A stretch of DNA of 64,000 nt from the NCBI GenBank assembly GCA_028826165.1, contig JAPDFW010000033.1, positions 1 through 64,000 of the forward strand. The letters run 5' to 3'. Positions 10,508 through 25,210 of the stretch are shown here, piece by piece; position 1 is the stretch's first letter, and every line of letters starts with the position of its first letter. The notes beneath the pieces are model-generated. The model searched no databases. It was not told the origin of the DNA and worked only from the letters and a program-made list of their open reading frames with translations. Both the position numbers and the translations under genes were made by a program. The stretch comes from Anaeramoeba ignava BMAN. Its lineage: Eukaryota; Protista; Anaeramoebae.

Positions 10508-13500
10508 ATGGAACCCAATCAAACAGATTTAAATTTGCTTGAACAATTGTTACTTAAAATTTTATCTCCACAGAACAAAGAAAGATTAGAAGCCGAAAAT
10601 AAATATCGAGAAATTCTTACTAAAAACGCAGATTTATGTCTATTGGGGCTTATTTTAGTCCTGGAAAATTCAAATCATCGATCGGTAAAAAAAATATTTT
10701 TTTTCTTTTTGTTTTTTTTTCTTATCTAAATTTTATTCATAAAAAAATGATGAAATTTAAAAAAAACTGATTTTTCCTTGTCCTATATATTGTATATATT
10801 ATGTTTTTGTTAGGCAAAGGAGCTATCAATGATTTTATTAAGACAATCTATGATCAAAAGAAACGATGAAAATGCAAGAATTTTTGATTTAACACAAGTT
10901 GAGACTCAAGAAAAAATCAAAAATAAGTTAATTTCCAATCTTGTTGCCCAGAAAAATCGGATTGTACAAAAGAAGGTGTGCGATGTTATTGCAGTTCTTG
11001 GGTCTTATCAACTCAAAAAGAGTATAAATAAAAAATCCAAAAAAAAAATCAATTAATAAATTAATTAAAATCAATAAAAATCAATTAAAGATAAATGGCC
11101 TGAATTGATTCCAAATTTATTGGGGATGATTTCAAATTTAGAAAGTGATTTAGTAGCAAATTTTTTTTACCTTTTCCAACAAATTGCAGTTTATACAGGA
11201 GTTTTACTTCAAGATTACACACAAGAGTTTTTAGAGTTATTTATGAAATATATTGATTCAAAAATACCACTTGAAATTAGAGTTTCAAATTTAAAAGCTT
11301 ATACTGCTTTTATTGTTTTAATTGCGAAACAGGATCGGCAAAAATTCCAATCAATTCTACCTGAAATGCTTCAAACAATAAGTGATTGCATTACTCAATC
11401 TCGATTTGATTTTGGAGAAATTTGTATTCAAGAGTTTATTGAAACTGCAGTATTGATTCCAAAGTTTTTTCTACCTCAAATAAATGATATTGTTGAAGGA
11501 ATGCTTTTTATAGCTGGTTCAACAGAGATTGATGAAAATATCCTTTATATAAATAATTAATCTAAAACAATTTATCTAAAAAAACATTCTTTTATCCTTG
11601 ATATTTTTTTTAATTTACAAATTCGGCAATTAGCAATAGAATATCTATTAATCATGACAGAAAAACTTCCGAGCGAAATGAATGAAATTGAAAACTTTAC
11701 AGAAAGAATCATATTGATTTTAATGCAAATGATAATCGATGTTTCTGATGATGATTATTGGGAAGAAACTCTTGTACATTTTTTTATTTATATATATATA
11801 AAAAGGAATAATTTGGAATGATATTAAATCACAATTTGAAATTTAGAGAAATAAAACAAATTTCGACAATACAGATACAGCAAAAGATGGACTTGAAAGA
11901 TTATCTGAGATGCTTGGCACATCTCAATTTGTTTCAGTTATTTTCCAGCATGTTTCATTACTATTTGAATCTGAGAATTGGAAGTTTCATTTTGGAGGAT
12001 TATCTGCAATTACAGCAATTGGACAGGGATGTTCTGAGGCAATCAAAGGAAATTTAGAAGAACTCATCCAAAAAATTGTGTCTTTTATCAATTCAAATCA
12101 TCCAAGAGTTAGATATATTGCTTGCAAAACATTATCCCAAATGTGCTTAGATTTTCCACATATTTTGCAAGATAATTATCATGAACTTTTGTTGAATTCA
12201 ATTGTTTCATTACTTGATGATTCAAGTTTCTTAACTACTCAAAAATGTGCTTCAGTTGCTCTTGTTAATTTTTGTTCTGGTGTTGATTCAGATATAATGG
12301 GATTTTATTCTGAAGGTATTCTTCAAAAGCTGGTTGATGTTCTTCAAAATAATGATATGAGTTTAAAAGAAGAGATTATAACAGCCATTTCTGCTGTTGC
12401 GAGTTCTACATCAGTTGGTTTGATAAAAGTTAGCTAGAAGAAATCAAATCAAATCAAATCAAATCAATTTAAAATCAAAACCAAAATCAAAATCAATTTA
12501 ATATCAAAATTAAAATCAAAATTAAAATCAATTTAAAATCAATTTAAAATCAATTTAATATCAATTTAAAATCAATTTAAAATCAATTTAAAATCAATTT
12601 AATATCAATTTAAAATCAATTTAAAATCAATTTAAAATTAAAATCAATTTAAAATCAATTTAATATCAATTTAATATCAATTTAAAATCAATTTAAAATC
12701 AATTTAAAATCAATTTAAAATCAATTTAAAATCAAAATCAATTTAATATCAATTTAAAATCAATTTAATATCAATTTAATATCAATTTAAAATTAATTTA
12801 AAATTAAAATCAATTTAAAATCAATTTAAAATCAAAATCAATTTAAAATTAAAATCAATTTAATATCAATTTAAAATCAAAATCAATTTAAAATCAATTT
12901 AAAATCAATTTAAAATCAATTTAATATCAATTTAATATCAATTTAAAATCAATTTAATATCAATTTAATATCAATTTAATATCAATTTAATATCAATTTA
13001 ATATCAATTTAATATCAATTTAAAATCAAAATCAATTTAAAATTAATTTAATATCAATTCAAAATCAATTTAAAATCAAAATCAAATCAAAATTAAAATC
13101 AAAATCAATTCAAAATCAAATCAAAATTAAAAATCAATTTAAAATTAAAATCAAATCAAAATCAAATTAAAATCAAAATTAAAATAGTTTTATGAAAAAT
13201 TCATTACTTACCTCAAAGATATATTATATAATGCAACAGGAATACAATACATCCAATTGCGTGGAAAAACAATGGAATGCATCTCAGTAATAGGAATAGC
13301 AGTTGGATTTGAAATTTTCGAAAAAGATGGAATTGAATTGATGGAATTCTTGCTCAAAAATCAAGACGAATTACAAAACGATACAAATCAACTTAATTTC
13401 CTTTTAAACACATGGACAAATTTATCAAGAGTTCTTGGGGATTCTTTTGGACCATATTTAGAGAATGTAATGCCGATGATACTGGAAATTGCAAAAGAAG

Positions 13501-14897
13501 AAATTGTGATTATTCCACTTAATGATTTTGATGATGAAATTGATCTTGGAGATTGCCAAATAATTGTCTCGGCTCAAGAACAATACGCAATCAAATCCTC
13601 AATGATTGAGGAGAAAATTTCCGTTATAACAATCCTCAATAACTTTGCAAGCAACTTGAGCATTTCTTTGTTGCCTTATATTGAAACAATATCCCAAATA
13701 AATATCAATTTTTTCAGGTTTTATTACAACGACTCTCTCAGAGTGGCCGCATTTCTTTGCAGTCTTGAAGTTGCAAAGAATGTGTTTCAATGTTTCGAAA
13801 ATGGAGTTTCAGGTGTAGATGAAGTATTTTTGAAGAAAATTATTGATCCAATTTTTGATAATTTAGTCAAAGCAATTTCCATTGAAAATGAACCGCAAAT
13901 TATCTCTGTTATCATTGAAACAATTGGTATTTTGCTTGAATCTTACAAATCTGGTCTTGATTCTTCACTTGTTGCTAAATTTTTGGATCAATTACCTAAA
14001 TTGATGGAAAAAAGAAAAAAACAACGACAAAAAATTCAACGCAAAATTAACCAAGACTCAAATCCAGAAGACATTGAGCACAACATCCAATCACGGAAAC
14101 AAACAGAAGAAGAAATACTGCTTCTTATCAGCCAGGCAATCACACCACTTTTCCAGTATCATTGCGATATTTTTCTGCCAATTTTCCGCGAAACAATCTT
14201 CCCGTTGTTTCGATCCTCACTTGAAGAACAAGGAAATGGGATAATTGAGATGCAGGTTGCGATTTGTGGATTTGTTGATATTGTCGAATATTGCAGCCAC
14301 GATGTATTCAAAGAGTTCTGGGGATTCTATAATCCTTATGTGTTCAAATACATTTCATCAAATGATCCAAATCTTAGACAAACTTGTGTTTATTGTTCTG
14401 GAACTTTTGCGAAATTTGGAGGATCATTTTTCAATTCACATTCCAAAAAATGGGTTGAAGAATTAATAAGAGTAATTTTTCTTGAAGATTCACAAAGTGA
14501 AACAATGAGAATTGCTACTGATAATGCAGTTAATGCACTTGCAAAGTTTTGTCGTTTTCAAGCAGAAAATATTCCTTTAAAAGAGTGTTTTGAAACGTTT
14601 TTTTCTTGTCTTCCCATTTCTCATGATCAAGAAGAAGCAAAATCTGTTTATTCTTTTCTTTGTGATTTTATTGAAGAAGAAAATTCTTTTATTTTGGGAG
14701 AAAATTATTTGAATGCTCAAAAAATTATTGAAATTTTTGTTTTTGTTATTAATTCTCATCTTGTTGAAGAAGAAACTTTTCAAAGAATAATTAATATTTT
14801 TGTTCAATTTAAAAAGATTTTTACTCAAAAAGAATTTTTACAAATGATTTCTTTTTTGGATTCTCAAGAAATAATTGAAATTATTTTAAATTTTTAA
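10508..14897 (+). CDS. IPO5: Importin-5 / karyopherin beta-3 (Pse1/Kap121)-like HEAT protein
   Basis: Motifs HPRVRYIAC, LRGKTMECISVIGIAVG, FYYNDSLRVAA, ATDNAVNAL and LPISHDQEEA. Introns 10685-10813, 11022-11090, 11538-11618 (AT-AC), 11774-11846 and 12429-13187 restore one frame. Confidence 0.88.
11538..11618 (+). other. U12-type (minor spliceosome) AT-AC intron
   Basis: 5' ATATCCTTT, branch site TCCTTGAT at 11595-11602, 3' ...TTTAC. Removal gives EIDE-K-IRQLAIEYL, in frame and importin-5-like. Confidence 0.9.
12440..13180. repeat. Intronic 11-bp tandem repeat (AAAATCAATTT/AATATCAATTT)n
   Basis: Directly visible; fills importin intron 12429-13187. Confidence 0.9.
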
Positions 14898-15225
14898 TTC
14901 AAAAAAATAATCAAAAAAAAATAAAAAGATCTAATTGAAAAATTTTTCTTTTTAATTTTTATTTTTTTGTGGTTAATTTTCTTTTATCAAAATCCAAAAA
15001 AAAAACAACAAAGAAAGAAAGAAAAAAAATTTTTATAATTTTAATTTTCATTTTTTTCATTTTTTCTTTCAATTTTTTTTTTATATCGTTATTTTTTTTC
15101 TTTTTAATTTTTCTTTTATTTTCTCGTTTTTTTTTTTTTTTAACGAAAACAACAACAAAAAAAACCAAAATAAAAAAAACCAAAATATAAAAAAACAAAC
15201 ATAAAAATAAAATATCCAAAAAAAA

Positions 15226-17173
15226 ATGACAAATAGTAATACTAAAGAAGATCCAACAAATAATATTAAAATCGGGATTTCAAACAAAATTAATCAACAA
15301 GAATCAACACATCTTCTTGAAATTGAGCTTGAAAGTGAACCTACAGATTTTATGGAAAATGAAAATGAAAATGAAAAATGAAAAAGAAAAAGAAAAAGAA
15401 AAAATTAAATTTTCCCGATTATTTACTCAAGAAACAGAAATTTGGAAACTTGAAACATTTATTGAAAAACAAGAAAAGAAAACATTTGAATTTGATTTAA
15501 GTTTACCTTTTCAAGATAATTTTCTTAAAAACGGTAAAAAAAAAAAATTGATTTAATAGAAAAAAATTGATTTAATAAAAAAGTATAAAATATTTTGGAA
15601 TTAAAAATTCATGGAGCAGATCATGATAATTATGTTCTAAATCACCCTGAAAAAGGATATCTTGTTGTTTCTGTTATGGAAATTGTAAAAGATAAAGAAA
15701 AATATTATAAAATATTAGAACATTCACAAACAGGAATTAGAATCAAAGAAATTTCCAAATCAGATATTGGGAATTCTTTTATGCGCGGTTTATTTTGTAT
15801 GGGTCCTTCAATTAGTAATATTTTTAAGAAAGTTGAGCCAAGTTATAAAGATACTTCGATTACTTTTTGTGATCCAGGTATTTATGAAGTTGATAATGAT
15901 TTAATCGAAATGGAAAATGCAATGGTATTTTTGAAATATTTTTGGAATTTTTTTGGAATTTAATTAAAATATTTTTTTTTCTATAGCATGTTAAAACTTA
16001 TAAATTTGGTGTTTTATATGCTAAAGAAGGTCAAATTACTGAAACTGATATTCTTTCAAATGGTTTGTTTAAAACTTTTTTTTTCCGAAATTTTTCTAAA
16101 TTTAAATATTTTAAATTTTTTTTTTTGAAAAAATAAAAGAAACTGGAAGTCCTGCTTTTGATGATTTTCTTAATTTAATTGGTGAGAAAATTGAGTTAAA
16201 AGGTTTTAAAGGTTATCGTGGAGGTTTAGATATTAAAAGTAAAATTCAATTAAAATTCATTTATAAAATTAAAATTAAATTAAAATTAAAATTAAAATTA
16301 AATCAATCAAAATGGAAATTAAATTTTTTTAATACTAATTAGGTGGAGGAAGTGGTAAACATAGTTTCTTTTCAAAGTGGAAAAATTTTGAAATAATGTT
16401 TCATGTTGCAACACTTCTTCCAACAAATGATCCAAAAAAAGATCCTCAACAAGTACTTTGATTAAATAAATTTTCCTAATTTTTTTAAAAAAGAAAAACC
16501 AAATTATTTATATTACATTTCATTTCCAATTTACTTAATCAAAAAAAAAAATACAAATTTATTATAATTATTTTAGATTGATAAGAAAAGACACATTGGA
16601 AATGATGTTGTAGTAATTATTTTTCTTGATGGAGATGTTAAATATAACCCAGAAACAATGGCATCAAAACAAAATCGTATTTTTCAACTTTTTAATCAAT
16701 TCATTTTAATTTTAATTTTAAATTTAAATTTTAATTTTGTTTTTTTTCTATTTAAAAAAAAATAGATATTTTTATTGCTGTTCGACCTATAAAATCAAAT
16801 AATTCTGGTAAAACCAATTATTTGTAAGTTTAAATTAAAAATTAAAAATTAAAAATCAAATATTAATTAAAAAAACAAAAAGATTTGATGTTTGTAGAAA
16901 AAATGAAATTGAACAATTTGAACCAATGTTACCAACACCTCCAATTGTTACAAATGAAAATTTAAAAGATACACTTTTATCAAAAGGTAATTCCAAAAAT
17001 ATAAAAAAAAAATTTTTTTATTCCACTTTTTTTTAATTAATATTTTTTTTTTGTTATTTTTAATAGCTTGTTCTGGTGAAAGATCAACTATTATGTCTGG
17101 AAGTTTTGGAGAAAGATTTAAACGTTATAGGAAAAATATTCTTGAAAAAATTTATGAAGAATATGAAAATTAA
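15226..17173 (+). CDS. Rap/Ran-GAP domain protein (Rap1GAP-like)
   Basis: Spliced exons give YKFGVLYAKEGQ, FDDFLNLIG, GFKGYRGGLD, EIMFHVATLLP and KRHIGND (Asn thumb intact). One homopolymer frameshift near 15375. Confidence 0.88.
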
Positions 17174-18078
17174 AAGTTGGAAAAGAAAAGAAAAGAAATG
17201 AAATGAAATTTTTTTTCAATAAAAAATTAAACAAAAATTTTAACTAAAAATGATAATTTTTTTCTTTCTTTCTTTTCCAAAACTTTTATAATTAAAAAAT
17301 ATTTTAAAAAAAAACCAAATCCAAAAATTTTTTTAATAAAAAAAAAAAGCAAAAAAATGAAACAAACAAAAAACAAAAATGAAAAAGAAAGTCAAATTAT
17401 TGATTTTTTCAAGAATTTATTAATTAATTTATAATTTGTTTAAATTAAAAAAGGGGATATTCAATTTTTGATAATCCAAATTTTTTATTTTTTTTAATAA
17501 ATGTTTAGTTAATGTTTTGCTTTTTGGGGAGTTTATTATTGAAGGGTTGAAAAGGAAAAATCTTTTTAATTGTTTGAGATCTTAAATTTTCTTTTTTGCT
17601 TTTTTTTTATTTTTTAATTGAGAAAAGATTTAAAAAAAACAAAAAAAAAATGGATTTAAATTTAATTTTATATTTTTTGTTTTAATTAAATATTTTTCCG
17701 TTTTTTTTTGTTTTTTTTTAATAAAAATAAAAATAAAAATAAAAAAGAAGAAAAAGAACCAAATCATTAAATCAATTTAAAAAAACCAAAGTAAATTAAG
17801 ATAATTAATTAAACCACGTGTAAACAACCTTTTTTTTTTTTTTTTTCTTTTGATCGAATTTAAAAAAAAAATTTTTTTTTATTAATTTCATTTTTCAATT
17901 TTAAATTAAAGTAAAAAATAAAATTAAAAATAAAAATAAAATAAAAATAAAATAAACAATAAAAATTTTATTTATTTTTATTCGAATAACAAATTATAAT
18001 AAAAAATAAAATAAAAATAAATTTTAATTTTAATTTTGATTGAATTTTGATTTAGAAATTCTTAAAAATCAAATAAGA

Positions 18079-21000
18079 ATGATTACAGACTTTGTTGTTG
18101 AAAGCCCAAACGTTAAATATGGTGAAGATGAGATACTTAGTAAATACAAATATCACACGACAAAAGTAGAAAAAAAAGATGGTAAATATATTGTTCATCC
18201 AGTTGAAGAAGAATATGAATTTAAAACTTTGACAAAAGTCCCAAAATTAGGGTAATTAATTAAAAAACAACAAAAAAAAAAAATCAAATAAAATCAAATA
18301 AAAAAAAAAAAATTTTTTTTATTATTAAAATAAAAAGAAATTGGATAAATATTTTATTTTGATCTTAATTCAAAATCTTTAATTATAAATAAAATTATAA
18401 ATTAAATTATAAATAAAATAATAAATTAAATTATAAATAAAATTATAAATAAAATTATAAATAAAATTATAAATTAAATTATAAATAAAATTATAAATAA
18501 AATTATAAATTAAATTATAAATTAAATTATAAATTAAATTATAAATTAAATTATAAATTAAATTATAAATTAAATTATAAATTAAATTATAAATAAAAAT
18601 TATAAATAAAATTATAAATAAAATTATAAATAAAATTATAAATTAAATTATAAATTAAAATTATAAATAAAATTATAAATTAAATTATAAATTAAATTAT
18701 AAATTAAATTATAAATAAAATTATAAATTAAATTATAAATTAAATTATAAATTAAATTATAAATAAAAATTATAAATAAAATTATAAATAAAATATAAAT
18801 AAAAATTATAAATAAAATTATAAATTAAAATATAAATTAAATTATAAATAAAATTATAAATTAAATTATAAATTAAATTATAAATTAAATTATAAATAAA
18901 AAATTATAAATAAAATTATAAATAAAATTATAAATAAAATTATAAATTAAATTATAAATAAAATTATAAATTAAATTATAAATAAAATTATAAATAAAAT
19001 TATAAATAAAATTATAAATTAAATTATAAATAAAATTATAAATTAAATTATAAATTAAATTATAAATTAAATTATAAAATTAAATTATAAATAAAAATTA
19101 TAAAATAAAATTATAAATATAAATTAAATTATAAATTAAAATATAAATTAAATTATAAATAAAAATTATAAATAAAATTATAAATAAAAATATAAATAAA
19201 ATTATAAATTAAATTAAAAATTAAAATATAAATTAAAATTATAAATTAAATTATAAATTAAATTATAAATAAAATTATAAATTAAATTATAAATTAAATT
19301 ATAAATTAAATTATAAATTAAATTATAAATTAAATTATAAAATAAAATTATAAATAAAATTATAAATAAATTATAAATTAAATTATAAATTAAATTATAA
19401 ATAAAAATATAAATAAAATTATAAATAAAATTATAAATAAAATTATAAATAAAATTATAAATTAAATTATAAATAAAATTATAAATAAAATTATAAATTA
19501 AATTATAAATAAAAATATAAATTAAATTATAAATAAAAATATAAATTAAATTATAAATAAAATTATAAATTAAATTATAAATTAAAATTATAAATTAAAT
19601 TATAAATTAAAAATATAAATTAAATTATAAATTAAATTATAAATTAAATTATAAATTAAATTATAAATAAAATTATAAATTAAAAAAATTATAAATTAAA
19701 TTATAAATAAAATTATAAATTAAATTATAAATTAAATAATAAATTAAATTATAAATTAAATTATAAATTAAATTATAAATAAAATTGTAAATTAAATTTA
19801 TAAATTAAAATTATAAAATAAAATTATAAATAAAAATTATAAATAAAATTATAAATTAAATTATAAATAAATTATAAATTAAATTATAAATTAAATTATA
19901 AATAAAATTATAAAATAAAATTATAAATAAATTATAAATTAAATTATAAATTAAATTATAAATAAAATTATAAATTAAATTATAAATAAAATTATAAATA
20001 AAATTATAAATTAAATTATAAATAAAATTATAAATTAAATTATAAATAAAATTATAAATTAAATTATAAATTAAATTATAAATAAAATTATAAATTAAAA
20101 TATAAATAAAATAATAAATAAAATAATAAATAAAATTATAAATTAAATTATAAATTAAATTATAAATAAAATTATAAATAAAATTATAAATAAATTATAA
20201 ATAAAATTATAAATAAAATTATAAATAAATTATAAATAAAATTATAAATTAAATTATAAATTAAAATATAAATTAAATTATAAATTAAATTAAATTAAAT
20301 TAAATTAAATTAAATCAAATAAAATTATATTAGACTCATGGTTGTTGGATGGGCTGGAAGTAACGGAACAACACTTACAGCAGGAATCATTGCTAATAGA
20401 GAAGGAATCACCTGGAAATCCAAAAACGGAACAGAACATCCCAATTATTATGGATCAATGACCCAATGCTCAGTAGTACGACTTGGAACCAATCAAGAAG
20501 ATGGAAGTGATGTCAACGTTCCAATCAAAGATATTCTCCCAATGGTTGATCCTAACAACATTGTTCTTGGAGGATGGGATATCAACGGAGCCAATCTTGC
20601 AGAAGCAATGGAAAGAGCAAAAGTGCTTCCATATGAGTTACAAAAACAATTGTATCCATTCATGAAAGATCTTGTCCCAATGCCATCAATTTACATACCA
20701 GACTTTATTGCAGCCAATCAATCGACTCGAGCAGACCACGTTTTGAAAGGAACCAAAAAGGAAATGGTTGAGCAATTAAGAAAAGATATTCGGGAATTCA
20801 AGGAAAAAACCAAATGCGACAAGGTTATTGTGCTTTGGACAGCAAACACAGAGAGATATTGCGATATTATTGAGGGATTCAACGACACATCCGAGAACTT
20901 GATGAAATCAATTGACAAAAACGGCGAAGAAATTTCACCATCAACACTTTTCTCAGTAGCTTCTATTCTTGAGGGATGCACATACATCAACGGATCACCA

Positions 21001-21705
21001 CAAAATACATTTGTTCCAGGAGTAATGGAACTTGCTTTAGAGCATCAAGTGATGATTGCTGGAGATGATTTCAAGACCGGACAAACCAAGTTCAAGTCTG
21101 TGATGGCAGATTTCCTTGTGTCAGCAGGAATCAAGCCGGTATCGATTGTATCATATAACCATTTAGGAAACAACGACGGAAAGAACTTGTCTGCACCCAA
21201 ACAATTCCGTTCCAAAGAAATCAGCAAAAGTAATGTTATCGATGATATTGTTGATTCAAACAGAATCTTATACCAAGAAGGAGAGCACCCAGACCATGTT
21301 GTTGTTATCAAGTATGTTCCTTATGTCGGAGACTCCAAACGTGCTCTTGATGAATACACCTCTCAAATCTTCTTGGGCGGACATAACACTATTGTTGTGC
21401 ATAACACTTGTGAAGACTCCCTCTTAGCTGCACCTATTATGGTTGATTTGATTGTTCTTGCTGAACTTGTTGAAAGAATCAAATTCAAAAAGGCAAACAT
21501 GAAAGAATTCGAAAATTTCCATCCTGTCATGTCAATTCTTTCTTATCTTCTTAAAGCTCCTCAAGTTCCTCAAAAAACTCCAGTCGTTAATGCTTTATTT
21601 AAACAAAGAGCTTGCATTGAAAATATTCTTAAGGCTTGTGTTGGTATTCAACCAGAAAATAACATGCTTTTGGAACATAAAACTCATCATATCAAAACAA
21701 ACTAA
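18079..21705 (+). CDS. INO1: Inositol-3-phosphate synthase (myo-inositol-1-phosphate synthase)
   Basis: [39 protein letters not shown] and [10 protein letters not shown]. Exon 18079-18251, intron 18252-20333, exon 20334-21705. Confidence 0.97.
18380..20320. repeat. Intronic 12-bp tandem repeat (AAATTATAAATT/AAATTATAAATA)n, ~1.9 kb
   Basis: Almost pure A/T array filling the INO1 intron. Confidence 0.95.
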
Positions 21706-21924
21706 TTAATGAACTGATTTTTTTCAGTTTTCTTCTCCTTTTTTTCTTTTCTTAATCTTTTTACTTTTTACTTTTTACTTTTTGGATTTTTGAATCAAAA
21801 ACATTTGATTGGAGTTTTATTTTTTCTTTTATTTTTTTTTTCTTTTTCTTCTTTTGAAAAAAGTAAAAAAAAAACAATTCTCAAAACTAAAAAAAAAGTT
21901 TTCTTTTTCTTTTTCTTTCTTTTT

Positions 21925-23130
21925 AAATTTGAATTTGATTTTGAAGTTGAATTTGAATTTCATTTCAATTTGAAATTGAAATTGAAATTGAATTTGAAGT
22001 TGAAATTGAATTTGAATTTGAATTTGAATTTGAATTTGATTTTTAATTTGAATTTGAATTTGAAATTGAATTTGAAATTGAATTTAATTTGAATTTTAAA
22101 TTGAATTTGAATTTGAAATTGAAATTGAAATTGAATTTGAAGTTGAAATTGAATTTTAAATTGAATTTTAAATTTGAATTTGATTTTTAATTTGAAATTG
22201 AAATTGAAATTGAATTTGATATTGAATTTGATATTGAAATTGAATTTGAAATTGAATTTGATTTTGATTTTGAATTTGAATTTGATTTTGAATTTAAATT
22301 GATTTTGAATTTGAATTTGAATTTGATTTTGAATTTGAATTTGGATTTTGAATTTGATTTTGATTTTGAAATGGAATTTAAATTTGAATTTGGATTGAAT
22401 CTATATTTTGAATTTGAATTTGAATTTGATATTGAATTTTGATTTTGAATTTGATTTTGAAATTTGAAATTGAATTTGAAATTGAATTTAAATTTGAATT
22501 TGGATTGAATCTAAATTTTAATTTGAATTTGAATTTGAATTTGAATTTGAATTTGAATTTGAATTTGATTTTGAATTTGAAGTTGAATTTGAATTTGAAA
22601 TTGAAATTGAAATTTAAATTTGAAATTGATTTTGAATTTGAATTTGAATTGAATTTATATTTTGAATTTGAATTTGAATTTGAAATTGAATTTGAATTTA
22701 AATTTAAATTTGAAATTGATTTTGAATTTGAATTTGATATTGAATTTTGATTTTGAATTTGAATTTGATATTGAATTTGAATTTGAATTTGAATTTTAAA
22801 TTGAATTTGAAATTGAATTTTAAATTGAATTTGAATTTTAAATTGAATTTGAATTTGAAATTGAAATTGAATTTGAATTTTGAATTTGAAATTGAATTTG
22901 AAATTGAATTTTGATTTTGAATTTGAATTTGAATTTGATTTTGAATTTGATATTGATATTGAATTTGAATTTGAATTTGAATTTGAATTTGAATTTGAAT
23001 TTGAATTTGATTTTGATTTTGATTTTGATTTTGATTTTGAAATGGAATTTGATTTTGGATTTGAATTTGTATTTTGAATCTGAATTTTAATTTGATTTTG
23101 AAATTGAATTTGAAATTGAAATTGAATTTA
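21925..23130. repeat. Intergenic (TTTGAA)n/(TTTTGA)n hexamer microsatellite
   Basis: Directly visible between the convergent INO1 and Rab genes. Confidence 0.9.
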
Positions 23131-23178
23131 AATTGTTTTTTTCTTTATAAAAGAAAAAGAAAAAGAAAAAGAAATTTT

Positions 23179-25087
23179 TCAACAACATTTTTTTTTCCGA
23201 TTATGATTTCTTTGATCTTTTGAATCTTGAATAAATATTGAGTTATTTTGTAAATCGATTGTTTCCTGATTTTGATTTGAATATTTTTCTTGATCTGGAT
23301 GAGAATTATTAGATTTCTTTTTCATTTCATAAATTTCTAAATAAAATAATTTTAAAAAAAAAAATAATTTAAAAAAAAGAGAATAAATAAAAAAATATAA
23401 ATACGAGAAACAAGAGTTTGGAATGCAAGTTCAACATTTGTTGAATCTAATGCAGATGTTTCAATAAAAGCAAGATTATGTTCTTGAGCCAATTTTTTTC
23501 CCTTTAAATTAATAAATTATTTTTTAATAAAAAAATAGAGAAAGAAAAGATTGTTTAAGAGAATATGTACTTTTTCTGTTGGAATAACCCTTTTTTCTTC
23601 AAGATCAAGTTTATTTCCAACAAGCATTATCACAATTCCTTTTTCTGCTTGTTCATGGATTTCCTCAAGCCATTTATCAAGCGATTCAAATGTAGATTCA
23701 TTAGCAAGATCATATATTAATAATGCACCAACAGCACCATGATAATATCTAATTTTAATATTTTAATATTTAATATTTTAATTTAATATTTTAATAATTT
23801 AATAATTTAATATTTTAATATTTTAATATTTTAATAACTTAATAATTTAATATTTTAATATTTTAATATTTTAATAACTTAATAATTTAATATTTTAATA
23901 TTTTAATATTTTAATAACTTAATAATTTAATATTTTAATATTTTAATATTTTAAATAATATTTTAAATAATATTTTAAATAATATTTTAAATAATATTTT
24001 AAATAATATTTTAATAATTTAATATTTTAATATTTTAATATTATAAATAATATTTTAAATAATATTTTAATATTACAATATTTTTAATATTTAATATTTT
24101 AATATTTTAATATTTAATATTTTAATATTTAATAATTTAATAATTTAATAATTTAATATTTTAATAACTTAATAATTTAATATTTTAATATTTTAATAAT
24201 TTAATAATTTAATAATTTAATAATTTAATAATTTAATATTTTAATATTTAATAATTTAATATTTTAATAATTTAATAATTTAATAATTTAATATATAATA
24301 ATTTAATATTACAATATTTTAATAATTTAATTTAATATTTTAATAATATTTTAATATTTTAATATTTTAATATTTTATATTTTAAATAATATTTTAATAA
24401 TTTAATTTAATATTTTAATAATATTTTAATATTTTGATATTTTAATATTTTAATATTTTAATATTTTAATATTTAAATAATATTTTAATATTTTAAATAA
24501 TATTTTAAATAATATTTTAAATAATATTTTAATATTTTATATATAAAGATACGCTGTAGTAATTGCGAGGAATCTTTCTTGTCCTGCTGTGTCCTATATA
24601 TATTTAAAAAAGAAAAAAAAAAGATTTATTAAATATCGAAATTAAAAAGAAAAATTTACCCAAATTTGAGATTTAATTGTTTTTCCATCAATTTGCACTG
24701 ATTTAGTTGCAAATTCAACACCAACAGTTGTTTTTCCAGCCAAAGTGAATTCATTTCTTTTTTAGATTTGCAAATATTTTTATGATTTAATAAATGAAAA
24801 GTTGTTATTATTTTTTGATTATTAATATTTTGATTCATTTCTTTTTTGAAAAGATATAAATCAAGAACTCCGCAAACAAACCTGCAGAATCTAGTTAATA
24901 GATTTGATTTCCCAACACCACTATCTCCTACAAGCACAATCTTGTAGAGAAAATCATATGTATCTTCATTTTGTTTTGTTTCTTGCTGTGTTTTTTTTTT
25001 TTATTTTTTAAATAATTTTCAAAAAAAGATTTCCAAGAAATTATTCCTAAATTGGATTCGGAATTTGTTTTATAAACTATTTACCAT
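23179..25087 (-). CDS. RAB11: Rab11-like small GTPase
   Basis: [70 protein letters not shown] and C-terminal KKKCC. The first coding exon is only the ATG (25087-25085), spliced to 24985. Confidence 0.85.
23750..24540. repeat. Intronic (TAATATTT/TAATAATT)n repeat
   Basis: Fills Rab intron 23749-24552. Confidence 0.9.
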
Positions 25088-25210
25088 AAAAAGTAACTAA
25101 AAAGAAAAATAGAAAAATAGAAAAAAAAAAATGAAAAAAAATGAAAAATTTTTTTTTCATTTTTTTTCTGCTTTTAAATAAAAAATAAATAAAAAATATA
25201 AAATAAAAAA

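Noticed and set aside
21790-23077. LNLNL/FEFEF ORFs
   Set aside because: They are translations of a hexamer microsatellite.
24545-24552. GTATCTTT donors in the Rab and APC5 (31970) introns as U12-type
   Set aside because: Imperfect donor match and no TCCTTRAY branch site near the acceptors.
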